Below, piece by piece: positions 10,741 to 21,163 of a stretch of 64,000 nucleotides of DNA (within the stretch, counting starts at the first letter, position 1; each line of letters opens with the position of its first letter). A program made the position numbers and the translations under genes. The notes under the pieces are model-generated. The model saw nothing but the letters and a program-made list of their open reading frames with translations. It had not been told where the DNA came from and searched no databases. The DNA is from an uncultured Nitrososphaerota archaeon. Lineage in GTDB: Archaea; Thermoproteota; EX4484-205; JAAOZO01. The stretch is from NCBI GenBank assembly GCA_964408285.1, contig CAYOYV010000003.1, positions 29,848-93,847 of the forward strand, written 5' to 3'.

Positions 10741-11121
10741 TCATTCTTCGATCCTAAGTTCTTCCCCCTCTTGAACCCTCTTGAATCTCAAGGGGTCTCC
10801 AATGACTCTGCCAAATACATTTACAGGGCTGTACGCTCTGGGCTTGTCCCCATGGCTCGCCGGGGTCCTTCCAAAGAAGATGCACATTGCCCTGCCGGGA
10901 GGCCAATAGGCTATGTCGCCAACTTCCACATCTTGAACCGCATTTTCCTCGTCAGCTTGTACTGGAATTTCCAGATATACCTCATCTCCCCATCTATTTG
11001 GGATACCCGCAAAGGGCAGGTGGTCTAGAATGGCCTTGGCTGTTTTCGGGTTCATGTCTTCCCTTACTTCTGCTGTGACTTCGCCAATCGACTTCGACCT
11101 AATCTTGAATGTTCTAGTCAT
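10741..11121 (-). CDS. Cyclophilin-like fold protein (TM1367/DUF369 type)
   Basis: PKTAKAILDHLP, WGDEVY, GDIAYWPPG, CIFFGRTP, PVNVFG. Confidence 0.85.
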   Translation of the reverse strand: MTRTFKIRSKSIGEVTAEVREDMNPKTAKAILDHLPFAGIPNRWGDEVYLEIPVQADEENAVQDVEVGDIAYWPPGRAMCIFFGRTPASHGDKPRAYSPVNVFGRVIGDPLRFKRVQEGEELRIEE

Positions 11122-11254
11122 GGGCGTGTCTCCTTCTTAGATCGTGCTTTCACTACTTATCATTTGTCGTTTCGGCTCTCGGAAATGCCCCTGAGGTTGC
11201 TCCATCTCGGGAGTTCAGAGCCGAAACTTAATAACCAGAGCCTGATGTCGGGAG

Positions 11255-11920
11255 ATGTGCTCTGGGCAATTGCTCATCGTGATGTGTGGGCTTCCTGGAA
11301 CCGGAAAGACAACAGCCGCTAGACACATGGCTCCTGCCGTCCACGCAGAGATTCTCAGCACGGATGGAGTGAGAAGGCAAATCCTCAAGGAATGCACCCT
11401 GCAGGAAATTCTCGAATCGAAGGATCCGATGCTGTGCGACATTCAAAGGGTCTTCGATGCCCTTCCCAGCATACCGAGTAAATATCAGAACATGATCTGG
11501 CTCCAGAATGAAATGGTCTACGAAGAAGTTGTCAAGAGGACATCCTACGGCCTGAAAGAGAAAAGCATGATATTGGACGGGACTTTCTCGAAGAGGAAAG
11601 TAAGAGAAAGGCTTTATGAGACTGCAAAGGATTCGAACCAAAATCCATATGTTGTTTACTGCATTTGTCCGGAGGAGATCGTCAAGAAACGATTTGACAG
11701 AAGGAGAGCAACGATAGATGAACTTAGTAACGTGGACAAGATGTCGATCTATTTCAAGGTCAAACTCGCTTTCGAGGACCCGCTGCAAGATGACGCTCCT
11801 GTTATCACATATGATAGCGAGAAGTTGTCCGTATCAATTCAGAACGCTGAGCGGGGCCTTTCATCAGAGATATCACTAATCGAGAGTCTGCTAGAGTCTA
11901 TATCTGCTCCGCGTACGTAG
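11255..11920 (+). CDS. P-loop kinase (AAA_33 / COG0645-like)
   Basis: GLPGTGKTT, LSTDGVRR, ILDGTFSKRKVR, YCICPEEIVKKR and FEDP motifs. Confidence 0.85.
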   Translation: MCSGQLLIVMCGLPGTGKTTAARHMAPAVHAEILSTDGVRRQILKECTLQEILESKDPMLCDIQRVFDALPSIPSKYQNMIWLQNEMVYEEVVKRTSYGLKEKSMILDGTFSKRKVRERLYETAKDSNQNPYVVYCICPEEIVKKRFDRRRATIDELSNVDKMSIYFKVKLAFEDPLQDDAPVITYDSEKLSVSIQNAERGLSSEISLIESLLESISAPRT

Positions 11921-12896
11921 ATGAGAGTTCGAAGTATGCCCTAGCGTTCGTTTCAGTTTTAGTCTTCTCTTCCTCGGTTGTGCGTTTATCATTTAGCCTG
12001 AAGCTTATCACTTTACCTCTGACGTATGCCCTGTAGCATTCATAGAAAGGCAGGAGGGATCTCACTTCGTCATCGGAGCTGCGCAGGAGGTATCTGTTCA
12101 AGAAATGATTCGAGAGATCATGTCTTCCATTATAGTCGAGATCCATAATTAGAAAAGCTATGTCTGCTGCGACGTCGCTGTATCTGAAGCGGGTGTTGAA
12201 CTCAATGCAATCAAAGATGTAGATCTTATCGAGCACAAAGATGCTACCAGAATGGAGATCGCCGTGGCAGTCTCTTATCCTTTCGTTTGCTATCCTTCTA
12301 AGAAACAAGGAAGGATTTTTCGACATGAACGATTCCACTTTGTGCTTCACAAAATCGAACGTGGCACCCGTTATTGTTCTGCCGATGAACTCCCTTGTCT
12401 GTTCGAAATTCTCACTCCAATTAAGTCGGATTGTGTCAACGGATCCTCCCTGATTTACGTGTGAACCTGTTTCAGCTCTGGAATGGAAGTCGGAAAGAAC
12501 CTTCGATATTAGATCCATCGTATCATTGCTCACCTTTCGCTGTTCAAGTAGGGTCGAGAGCAAAGCGTCGTGAGGAAACTCATGCATCTTCACTGCATAT
12601 TCTTGTGCCTGTCCCTTGCAGCCAATCCTGAATTGCCCATTAGAAGGCCCTATTGGAAGTACTCCGATATACATCTCAGGGGAGAGCCTTCTGTTCAGTA
12701 TGACCTCTTGCTCGCAGAAATACTTTCTTTTCTCCAAGGACGTGAAATCGAGAAACCCAAAGTTAACCGGTTTCTTCACTTTGTAGGCATACTTGCCAGT
12801 CAGGAAAACCCATGAGATATGTGTTTGGATTAATCTGATTCGCGAGACTGCCTCATCATAAGTCTCGGGTTTCATCATGACCTCGATTACGTCCAT
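11898..12896 (-). CDS. Aminoglycoside-phosphotransferase-like kinase (COG2187)
   Basis: IQTHISWVFLTG, YKVKKPVNFGFLDF, EVILNRRL, DCHGDLH, FDCIEFN, RAYVRGKV; start at 12896 preferred. Confidence 0.88.
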   Translation of the reverse strand: MDVIEVMMKPETYDEAVSRIRLIQTHISWVFLTGKYAYKVKKPVNFGFLDFTSLEKRKYFCEQEVILNRRLSPEMYIGVLPIGPSNGQFRIGCKGQAQEYAVKMHEFPHDALLSTLLEQRKVSNDTMDLISKVLSDFHSRAETGSHVNQGGSVDTIRLNWSENFEQTREFIGRTITGATFDFVKHKVESFMSKNPSLFLRRIANERIRDCHGDLHSGSIFVLDKIYIFDCIEFNTRFRYSDVAADIAFLIMDLDYNGRHDLSNHFLNRYLLRSSDDEVRSLLPFYECYRAYVRGKVISFRLNDKRTTEEEKTKTETNARAYFELSSTYAEQI

Positions 12897-13328
12897 CCGT
12901 TCCTCAAAGCATTCGGGGGCGAGGATATAAGCGAAATCTATCAAAAAAGGCTGTACTTCATGCAAGCGCACGCGCAGGGTGCTGTCCAGATCTCCTTCTT
13001 GATTGCGAAGTCGTATCGTTCATATGGATCCAATTGAGTATCTGGATCCTATGGTCTCTTCGTCAACACATGTGCCTTCAGTTATGTTCGCCGGCATGCG
13101 TATTGGGTATCGCTGTTAGACCGGTGATGTCAGAGACTGAGCCGGCAGAGAAGAGGATTCGATGGATTGAAATGTCCCCATACATCCTCCGAGTCGGACA
13201 CTCACGCGTCGCCTACCGGAATCGCTCTCTCGTAACGGGCAATGTGCGGGTTCAATGCAATTTTCCTCTCGTTCGACTTAAAGCTTTTAGACTTTCGCTG
13301 ACAAGGCCGCGTAGGTGAAAACAATACG

Positions 13329-14603
13329 ATGTGGATGTTGTCTAGCAGATTAACGCGGAACGCAAAGGCTCCATTTCTCGTATTCCTTGCATTACTTCTA
13401 TTGGTGCCGATCGTGATACATCCAGTGAATGCGGCCGGTACATCTCTTGTAGCTATCTTGTTTGATGTGGGAGGAAAAGGAGATCTGAGTTTCAATGACA
13501 TGGCCGCATATGGCGCGGAGCAAGCGAAAAAGACTCTGGCACCCCTAGGTTACCCTGTCGAAGTGAGCTACTTCACACCACGCTCAACAGCGGACTACAT
13601 TCCGAACTTGGAGAGCTATGCGTCATCAGGCAAATACACGATCCTCGCATGCATTGGTTACCTTTGGACGGATGCCTTGAACAAGACGGCTCCCAAATAC
13701 CCCAACCAGAAGTTCATGATCATTGATTCAGTGGTGAACTGGCCAAACGTCGCGTCCGTGGTATTTCGTGAAAACGAGGGCAGTGCCCTCGTCGGAGCTG
13801 CAGCAGCTGTGGCAACAAAGACAGGCAATGTCGCTGTCGTTCTCGGGATGGAAATACCTTTGCTCTGGAAGTTCGAGATTGGTTTTGCTGTTGGAGCGAA
13901 ATGGATGGCGGAAAAGCTGGGTAAGGATATCACCATAGGATATTACTACACGGGCACTTTCGGTGATCCGGCAAAAGGAAAGGAAGCCGCCATTACATTC
14001 CTAGACAAGGGCGCGGATGTAATCTACACGGCCGCTGGTGGAACCGGCTTGGGTGCACTAGACGCTTGCTACGAGAGAGCCAAATCAACTGGAAAGCCGA
14101 TATTCGGCATAGGTGTCGATGCCAACCAGGATTACGTCCATCCTGGCAATATACTTTGCTCAATGAGAAAGAAGGTCGACTTCGGCGTACAGTCGACCGT
14201 AGAAGCTGCTGTCAAAGGAACCTTCAAGGCAGGAATCGTCGACCTAGGATTGAAAGAGGGGGGAGTTAGCATGACGACGCCGGCGGACATGACGATGTGG
14301 GGAGAATTCCTCAAAGGTGCAGGCTACACCGATGCCCAAATCGCTGACGCCAAGTCGAAGATCCAGACAATGTACGACACATATCTGAGTAAGAACCAAA
14401 GGGACATTGACGAACTACAGAGCAAGATAATCAGCGGGGACGTCAAGATACCGGTTCCAGATAGCACAACGATATCGAGCCTACGCACTCAAAACATAGG
14501 GACCTTCAAGGCAGGCATACCTTTGACATGGATCATAGCGGGAGCTGCCGTTGTAATAGTAGTGCTAGGGGGGGCGTATTACTTCTTCTTCATGAAGAAG
14601 TGA
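13329..14603 (+). CDS. BMP-family (nucleoside/purine) ABC substrate-binding protein with C-terminal TM anchor
   Basis: Signal peptide; GGKGDLSFND, FRENEGSALVG, GADVIYTAAGGTGLG, GVDANQ, SMRKKVD; C-terminal hydrophobic helix. Confidence 0.92.
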   Translation: MWMLSSRLTRNAKAPFLVFLALLLLVPIVIHPVNAAGTSLVAILFDVGGKGDLSFNDMAAYGAEQAKKTLAPLGYPVEVSYFTPRSTADYIPNLESYASSGKYTILACIGYLWTDALNKTAPKYPNQKFMIIDSVVNWPNVASVVFRENEGSALVGAAAAVATKTGNVAVVLGMEIPLLWKFEIGFAVGAKWMAEKLGKDITIGYYYTGTFGDPAKGKEAAITFLDKGADVIYTAAGGTGLGALDACYERAKSTGKPIFGIGVDANQDYVHPGNILCSMRKKVDFGVQSTVEAAVKGTFKAGIVDLGLKEGGVSMTTPADMTMWGEFLKGAGYTDAQIADAKSKIQTMYDTYLSKNQRDIDELQSKIISGDVKIPVPDSTTISSLRTQNIGTFKAGIPLTWIIAGAAVVIVVLGGAYYFFFMKK

Positions 14604-14670
14604 TGCTTCCCCTAATGTTTTTTCTAAACGGAGAATGCCAATACGCATAGAGTTGGGAAGGTAGTGGGAT

Positions 14671-16185
14671 TTGGACCAGGAACGCCGCGTTCTGATGGAG
14701 GATATCCACAAGATCTACCCCGATGGCGTGGAAGCGCTTAGGGGAGTAACGATTGATTTCAAAGCAGGCGAAGTACACGGCCTGTTGGGAGAGAATGGTG
14801 CCGGCAAGTCAACTCTGATGAGAATCCTATTCGGTCAGATCAGAGGGTCAACTGGGAGGCTCCTCATAGGTGGAGAGCAGGTAGATTTCCGAAGCCCCAG
14901 GGATGCAATTGCAAAGGGCATTGGAATGGTCTTCCAGCATTTCATGCTCGTGTCCACCTTTAGCGGGCTTGAGAATATCCTGCTTGGTTTCGATTCCGAA
15001 CACGGATCAGAAGAGCGTGAATCGATAAGAAGAAACGCGATGAGCCTTGCCAGTCGTCTGGGACTGAAAGTGGACCTTGATGCGGTTGTGGAGAACATGC
15101 CAATGGGAGAGAGGCAGAGGATAGAGATCTTGAAGCTTCTTCTGAGGGAAGTGGACGTTCTGATTCTGGACGAACCGACCTCGAACCTTACCCCCTTCGA
15201 GACGGATGAACTCCTCAGGGCAATGAGGAAGCTCAGGGATGAAGGGAAGACCCTCATATTCGTCACTCATAAGCTGAGAGAGGCACTCTCCATATGCGAC
15301 AGGATAACCGTAATGAGGAAGGGCTTGAAGGTAGACACAGTAAGCGCGGCTAATGCAGACTTGTCATCACTGGCGCGAATGATGGTCGGGAAAGAGGTTA
15401 TTCTTGAGATCAAGAAAGAGTCGACCCATCTCGGATCGATACTCCTAGAAGTAAGGGGCATCACAGTCAAGAACGATCTTGGAAAGGAAGCTGTCAAGAA
15501 TGTCTCTTTCGATATTAAGTCCGGAGAGATACTGGGCATAGCAGGTGTCGCCGGAAATGGTCAGAAGGAACTGGTGGAGGCGATTACTGGACTGCGTGTA
15601 ACTGAGGCGGGCAACATATTCGTGGCTGGCGTGGATATTACCAAGAAAACTCCTGGGGAAATCTACGAGCTAGGATTATCACACATCCCGGAGGACAGAT
15701 TCGGAACCGCTGTTATCCCTGCGCTATCTGTCAAGGATAACTTGGTCTTAGGTCTTCAATTCAGGAAGGAATTCTCTGACGGGATCATGATTAGGCAAGG
15801 ATCCATCGAGGCAAATGCTGACAAACTGATCGAGCACTATTCGATAATGGGAACGAAGGAAGTGCCAGTCAAGTCTCTTTCCGGAGGGAACATACAAAGA
15901 GTCGTGATAGCCAGAGAATTCAGCAAGTCTCCCTCTATCATTGTGGCGTCTCAACCGACCACAGGATTGGACATTGGAGCGACGGAGTTCGTCAGGAACG
16001 AACTTCTCAAGATGAGAGACAATCAGAAGGCAATTCTTTTGGTTTCGTCAGAGCTGGAGGAAGTGTTGAGCTTGAGCGACAGGGTGGCGATAATGTACGA
16101 GGGGGGGTTCATGGGCGTAAAGAAACCAGAGGAATTGACTGAGGAAAAGATCGGATTGATGATGGGAGGTGTAAAGGTTGAGTAG
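14671..16185 (+). CDS. CUT2-type ABC ATPase with two NBDs (nucleoside/sugar uptake)
   Basis: GENGAGKST, LILDEPT, HIPEDR, LSGGNIQR, QPTTGLD. Confidence 0.93.
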   Translation: MDQERRVLMEDIHKIYPDGVEALRGVTIDFKAGEVHGLLGENGAGKSTLMRILFGQIRGSTGRLLIGGEQVDFRSPRDAIAKGIGMVFQHFMLVSTFSGLENILLGFDSEHGSEERESIRRNAMSLASRLGLKVDLDAVVENMPMGERQRIEILKLLLREVDVLILDEPTSNLTPFETDELLRAMRKLRDEGKTLIFVTHKLREALSICDRITVMRKGLKVDTVSAANADLSSLARMMVGKEVILEIKKESTHLGSILLEVRGITVKNDLGKEAVKNVSFDIKSGEILGIAGVAGNGQKELVEAITGLRVTEAGNIFVAGVDITKKTPGEIYELGLSHIPEDRFGTAVIPALSVKDNLVLGLQFRKEFSDGIMIRQGSIEANADKLIEHYSIMGTKEVPVKSLSGGNIQRVVIAREFSKSPSIIVASQPTTGLDIGATEFVRNELLKMRDNQKAILLVSSELEEVLSLSDRVAIMYEGGFMGVKKPEELTEEKIGLMMGGVKVE

Positions 16186-17290
16186 CACGTCCGGATCGAT
16201 TCGTGAAAAGCTATTGAGGGTACTGCAATCCGCCATCATAATCCTGGTTGGTTTTCTCGTTGGGGGCTTCTTCATGATGGCAACCGGACATGACCCAATA
16301 GTCGCCTATAGTGCGATGTTCTTTGGGAGCAAGGAAAGAGGAATGGAAGGGGCCTTCGGGGGGATGCTTGGAATAACATCGACGATTAGGGAGGCCTCTT
16401 TCATAATACTCACTGGGCTTGCAGTGCAGATGGCATTCTCCGCTGGAGTTTTCAACGTTGGGGTTGAGGGGGCGATGTACATAGGGGCCTTTGTCTCGTT
16501 TCTTGTCGGATATACTATCGCTCTTCCGCTGAACCCAGTCACGAACCTTGTACATGCCCTGCTGGCCATTGGTGCGGCAATGCTGGCCGGCGCTGCATGG
16601 ATGTACATACCTACCTATCTGAAGATCAAGAGAAGTGCGCATGAAGTCGTAACGACCATAATGCTCAACTACATCGCGACCTCAATAACTGAGCTTCTAG
16701 TGGTGACGTTCTTTCTCCCACAAACAGGAATTCCTCCTGGTGGGATACTTACGCCTGACATAAATCCGTCAGCCATGGTACCGCAGCTTCCCCTTCTTGG
16801 TGCGAATCTGAGCCTCGGAATCATCCCAACGCTGACGGTTGCTGTCTTGCTATTCATAACGACTCGAAGGTCAGTTATCGGGTATTCCATAAGAGCGGTT
16901 GGATCAAGTCCGAAAGCAGCAAGATACGGCGGCATAGATGTGGAGAAAATCGTGCTCTTGGTCATGTTGGCGGGAGGCGCCATGGCAGGACTGGCCGGCT
17001 CAATAGACGTGCAATTCACCGAATATCGATTCAGCCAATCATTCAGCCCGGGTTACGGTTTCTCCGGCATTCCTGTTGCCCTCATAGGAAGATTGGACGT
17101 CGCCGGCATAATCTTGGCGGGGCTGTTCATGAGCGCGCTCCACATCGGAGCTCTAAGCATCCAGCCAGTCACGGGGATGCCAAGGGAAATATCGATGCTT
17201 ATTGAGGGTCTTATTGTGATTTCTGCCGCACTTCCCGGGGCAATGGAACTGATCACTTCGCACCTGAGAGCGAGGAGGGAGAAGAAATGA
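16178..17290 (+). CDS. Nucleoside ABC transporter permease 1
   Basis: FNVGVEG, HEVVTTIMLNY, AARYGGI, GYGFSGIPVALIG. Confidence 0.92.
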   Translation: MSSTSGSIREKLLRVLQSAIIILVGFLVGGFFMMATGHDPIVAYSAMFFGSKERGMEGAFGGMLGITSTIREASFIILTGLAVQMAFSAGVFNVGVEGAMYIGAFVSFLVGYTIALPLNPVTNLVHALLAIGAAMLAGAAWMYIPTYLKIKRSAHEVVTTIMLNYIATSITELLVVTFFLPQTGIPPGGILTPDINPSAMVPQLPLLGANLSLGIIPTLTVAVLLFITTRRSVIGYSIRAVGSSPKAARYGGIDVEKIVLLVMLAGGAMAGLAGSIDVQFTEYRFSQSFSPGYGFSGIPVALIGRLDVAGIILAGLFMSALHIGALSIQPVTGMPREISMLIEGLIVISAALPGAMELITSHLRARREKK

Positions 17291-18216
17291 GCGAGATTTT
17301 GGTGGACCCAATAATCTTCGTCTCTCTGATTTTCGGTGCCATAAGATCCATGATCCCCCTTATTCTGGGCAGCACTGGCGAACTGACTATCGAGAAATCA
17401 GGGATTACGAACTTGGGGATAGAAGGGATAATGCTCTTGAGTGCTTTCGCTAGTGCGTATGGCTCTTGGACAACTGGTGATCCTCTTATAGGATTAGCAT
17501 ATGGCATACTGGTTGGCGCCGTCATTGGCTTCTTGTATGGATACCTTAGCATGAGACTAAGAGCCGATCAAGTTGTGTTGGGCTTGGGGCTGGGAACGCT
17601 AGCTCTGGGTCTCACTGAGATCCTGACAGTTGTCGTCTGGACGACCTATGGGTACGGCAAGAGCGTCCCGCGACTACCCTCGTTTCTCCAGATTCCAATC
17701 GGGCCATTCATAGTCTACGAAATTTCCTATTTCCTTCCGATCTCCATCGGGATTGCTTTGGTGGCCTATTATGTCCTGTACAAGACTAGATATGGCTTGA
17801 TGATCAGAAGCTGTGGCGAGAACGCATTGGCCGCTGACGCAGCTGGCATCGATGTCCCATTGGTGAGGTATCTGACCTCGACGTTCGGCGGCATACTCTT
17901 TGGGCTAGCTGGAACCTACATAGCCATAGATTGGAATAACATATTCGTAAGAGCCATGACTGGTGGAAGAGGTTGGGTATCGATTTCTCTCGTAATATTC
18001 TCAGGATGGAATCCTTTGGTGGCAATAGGAGGCAGTCTGCTTTTTGGCCTTTTCGATACGCTTCAATATTGGGTGGCAGCTTCCGTTGGGTCCAGTCTTC
18101 TGCCCGCTCAAGTCCCTAGGATGATACCCTATCTAGTTACTGTTATCGTGCTCGCTCTATATGGGAAGAAGGCAAGGGGGCCCTCAGAAGCGGGCAAGCC
18201 ATACGTGAAGGAATGA
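17287..18216 (+). CDS. Nucleoside ABC transporter permease 2
   Basis: EKSGITNLGIEG, GENALAADAAGI, GRGWVSI; ATGA overlap with permease 1. Confidence 0.92.
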   Translation: MSEILVDPIIFVSLIFGAIRSMIPLILGSTGELTIEKSGITNLGIEGIMLLSAFASAYGSWTTGDPLIGLAYGILVGAVIGFLYGYLSMRLRADQVVLGLGLGTLALGLTEILTVVVWTTYGYGKSVPRLPSFLQIPIGPFIVYEISYFLPISIGIALVAYYVLYKTRYGLMIRSCGENALAADAAGIDVPLVRYLTSTFGGILFGLAGTYIAIDWNNIFVRAMTGGRGWVSISLVIFSGWNPLVAIGGSLLFGLFDTLQYWVAASVGSSLLPAQVPRMIPYLVTVIVLALYGKKARGPSEAGKPYVKE

Positions 18217-18337
18217 TGCGATTTGAAAGTCAGAACTATATTCTGGGGGGGATGGTGTCTTCTTCCTATCTCGCGCGCGAACTTGACTAGAGTATGAAGG
18301 GATTTTAGCCTAGGAGTGAGATGTGTGGCCCTCTTCA

Positions 18338-19264
18338 ATGGAACTCAAGTCATTCGCAAAGACCGATGTCAAGATCTCAGCAATCGGACTGGGGACTTGG
18401 GGCTGGGGAGACTGGTATTGGGGATATGGGTCGCGCTACGTGAAACAGGATTTGGTGTCCGCCCTTAGCAAGTCTCTCGATCTGGGGGTGAATCTAATCG
18501 ACACAGCTGAAGCATATGGATGGGGATTGTCCGAAAAAATCATCGGTGAGGTGCTAGCTGGCAGACAGGATGAGGTGTTCATAGTGACGAAATACCTCCC
18601 ACTTCACATCTTCTCCTCTTCGATGATAAAAGCTGTCGAGAATAGCCTGAAGCGCCTCCAGACTAGGACGATAGACCTGTATCTCGTCCATAGACCGAGC
18701 CCCATCATGCCGATATCTGCCATGATGAGAATTATGGAGTCTCTGGTCAAGGAAGGAAAGATCAAATATATCGGGGTGAGCAACTTCAATCTGGATCAAG
18801 TCAGGAAGGCCCAATATTCTCTGAGGGGAGAAGGATTGTCCTGTATTGAGAACGAGTACAGCATTCTCCAGAGAAGTCCTGAGACCAATGGGCTCTTGAG
18901 ATTCTGCGCGGAAAACAAGATGACCTTCGTTGCCTACAGCCCATTGGCTCAGGGAATGTTGACTGGCAGATATCCTTCGGGATTCAAGGCCGTCAGAGAT
19001 CTCAGGAGATTCACTCGTGTCTACTCTGAGGAGAAGCTCCGCAGAATAGCTATGTTAGTGGATTCGCTACGTATGATAGGAGACAAATATGGAAAATCGA
19101 TAGGCCAGGTCTCGCTCAATTGGCTTATCCGTGACCCCATGGTCATACCAATTCCGGGAGCTAAGAACGCATCTCAGGCCGAACAGAACGCCGAGTCCTC
19201 TGGCTGGAGACTGTCAGACTCAGACTGGCAAGCTATTGAGAGGACAAGTCGAGCTCTTGATTAG
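18338..19264 (+). CDS. Aldo/keto reductase
   Basis: GLGTWGWG, DTAEAYG, DLYLVH, IGVSNF, AYSPLAQG, IPIPGAK. Confidence 0.93.
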   Translation: MELKSFAKTDVKISAIGLGTWGWGDWYWGYGSRYVKQDLVSALSKSLDLGVNLIDTAEAYGWGLSEKIIGEVLAGRQDEVFIVTKYLPLHIFSSSMIKAVENSLKRLQTRTIDLYLVHRPSPIMPISAMMRIMESLVKEGKIKYIGVSNFNLDQVRKAQYSLRGEGLSCIENEYSILQRSPETNGLLRFCAENKMTFVAYSPLAQGMLTGRYPSGFKAVRDLRRFTRVYSEEKLRRIAMLVDSLRMIGDKYGKSIGQVSLNWLIRDPMVIPIPGAKNASQAEQNAESSGWRLSDSDWQAIERTSRALD

Positions 19265-19354
19265 TACGGACCAACAACGGATTACTTTAATCAATCAAGT
19301 TTGTGGGTGGATGAATCGGAAAGCTTTTTCTATCATCGAAAAGCCCAGTCAAAC

Positions 19355-21163
19355 ATGGAAAGAAAGGGAAGCCTTGTGCTTGTAACGGCTCTTGTGTTTC
19401 TTCAGGTTCTTCTGAGCTATCACACGGCAAATGGCTCCCCTGAATTCGACGTGAAATACTACATTAAATCCGTCACGGATGGTACAATTGGTTCCAATGA
19501 GTATCCGGTCTCCTATCCCGCGGGGACAGGTTGCACTGTGTTCCTATCTGAAGATGGGAAGTCTCTCAACATAGGAGCACAGTTCGTAGATACCACAGAG
19601 AACGGGCACAAGGACGCCGTGCTGATATTCCTCGACAAGGAGGGTCATAGATCAACGACGACTATGATAGATGATGTGAGGATAAACGTCACCAGAGGTG
19701 GACTTCTGGAATACAGCTGGGCACCGGCCGGAATGTGGCAGATCATTCAAGCGCCGACCAACCTTACTTGGGGAGTAACCTCTTCAGGTAGCCAATGGAG
19801 CGTGGAAGTGTCAATTCCATATGAGGAAATGGCCCTGACACCTGGTACACAGCACACCGTCGGCTTCATGATAAGTGTGATAAACAATGGACTCATCTCA
19901 CTAGCATATCCCCCAACAGGCAACTCAACGAACCCATCAACCTGGGAAAGACTGACCTCCTCTTCCATGTGGGGCATAGTGGATGTGGCTGCAAAGGCGA
20001 TTGCGATAAAGCCATCACTTCCGAAAGTGGGTCAGCCTTGCACACTGATCGTTTTCTTCCAGAATGTGCAGACTACACCGATAGGGGGTATAAAGGTCGA
20101 GCTAAAGAAGGGCGATACCTCTCTTGGCACGGTCAGCTACCCTCGGACACTGAGGGCAGGAGAGATAGGGAATGTCAGCTTCCCTTGGACTGCCGAACGC
20201 GGATCTTGGAGGTTCAACACCTACGTGAGCATCGAGGGGAATCCCTTCGAAAAGGATCTAGAGAACAACGGAGCATCATCGGCCACGATCACTCCTGTTT
20301 TCATTACCCTCACTGTGAAAGGACCACTTGGAGCCCTTGTCAGTACATTGAATGCGGATGGAAATGAAACGGTGCAAATGACCGGCGATCCGGCTCAATT
20401 CCAGAAAAGCTATGGTCCGATCATCGTGAGCATATCGAAAACGGTGGAAACTGGCGGAGTCAGGTGGCTTTTCAGCGAATGGAAGGACAAGGGAATCCAG
20501 AACAACGCATTGAAGCTCAATCTCACTGAAGAGACTACTGTCGAAGCGTTGTACACGCCATACTACAGATGTGCCTTCTCTTTCATTGATAAGGCCAACA
20601 GAAGGGCAGACAACGTGACTTACAGAATCAGATTCCCGAATGCGACCGAACGAGATTTCGCTGCTCCAGGCTTGATCTACGTACCTCAAGGCACTTCGAA
20701 GATCCTCGCAGTATACGCTGGCGGCGTTAATGTCCTTGAGGAGGTTCAGACGGTATACGTAGAGACGCCCATAGATCAGACATACGTGATCAACCTTAGG
20801 GATGTGACCATTAAGGTAGCTGACATATTCGGATTCCCAGTTCAAGGAGCAAGTGTAAAAGTGCTCTTCCTGAACGGCACTGAGATCAATCTGGATCTTC
20901 CTCAGGATGGCATTATCGTGATGAAGAAGCTTCCCTATGGTCGCTTGAACGTAACGGCCTCATACATGTCCGCAAAATCGCAGATTCAGGTCGACGCAAC
21001 ATCGAATCCTGCCAAGGTAGAGTGGAAGTTGGTGCTCTCCCTCTCACTGCCTGTGTTGGCCGTCATGATCGGTGTTACTTTCGTGTTACTCGTTGTCGTT
21101 TTCACCGTGTTGTTCTGGTCCAGATTGAGACCGAGAAAGAAGGAACAACCCATCGCTCAATGA
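19355..21163 (+). CDS. Cell-surface protein: signal peptide, CBM9/DOMON-like domain, CARDB-like domain, Ig-like repeats, C-terminal TM
   Basis: N-terminal hydrophobic signal; WSVEVSIPY...VGFMISV; NVSFPW...DLENNGA; C-terminal TM followed by basic residues. Confidence 0.6.
   Translation: MERKGSLVLVTALVFLQVLLSYHTANGSPEFDVKYYIKSVTDGTIGSNEYPVSYPAGTGCTVFLSEDGKSLNIGAQFVDTTENGHKDAVLIFLDKEGHRSTTTMIDDVRINVTRGGLLEYSWAPAGMWQIIQAPTNLTWGVTSSGSQWSVEVSIPYEEMALTPGTQHTVGFMISVINNGLISLAYPPTGNSTNPSTWERLTSSSMWGIVDVAAKAIAIKPSLPKVGQPCTLIVFFQNVQTTPIGGIKVELKKGDTSLGTVSYPRTLRAGEIGNVSFPWTAERGSWRFNTYVSIEGNPFEKDLENNGASSATITPVFITLTVKGPLGALVSTLNADGNETVQMTGDPAQFQKSYGPIIVSISKTVETGGVRWLFSEWKDKGIQNNALKLNLTEETTVEALYTPYYRCAFSFIDKANRRADNVTYRIRFPNATERDFAAPGLIYVPQGTSKILAVYAGGVNVLEEVQTVYVETPIDQTYVINLRDVTIKVADIFGFPVQGASVKVLFLNGTEINLDLPQDGIIVMKKLPYGRLNVTASYMSAKSQIQVDATSNPAKVEWKLVLSLSLPVLAVMIGVTFVLLVVVFTVLFWSRLRPRKKEQPIAQ

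Noticed and set aside
11169-11227. Hammerhead-like CTGA...CGAAAC
   Set aside because: The CUGANGA core is absent and GAAAC is sequestered in the perfect stem.
11625-11645. Reverse-strand tRNA T-loop-like GGTTCGAATCC
   Set aside because: Inside the kinase CDS, with no acceptor, D or anticodon arms.
13027-13318. GGATCCA/TGGATCC inverted repeat and a 94-aa ORF in the intergenic gap
   Set aside because: Short repeat compatible with chance; the ORF has no recognisable features and an atypical start.
18231-18245. CAGAA-CTATA-TTCTG palindrome
   Set aside because: Only 5-bp arms, expected by chance.
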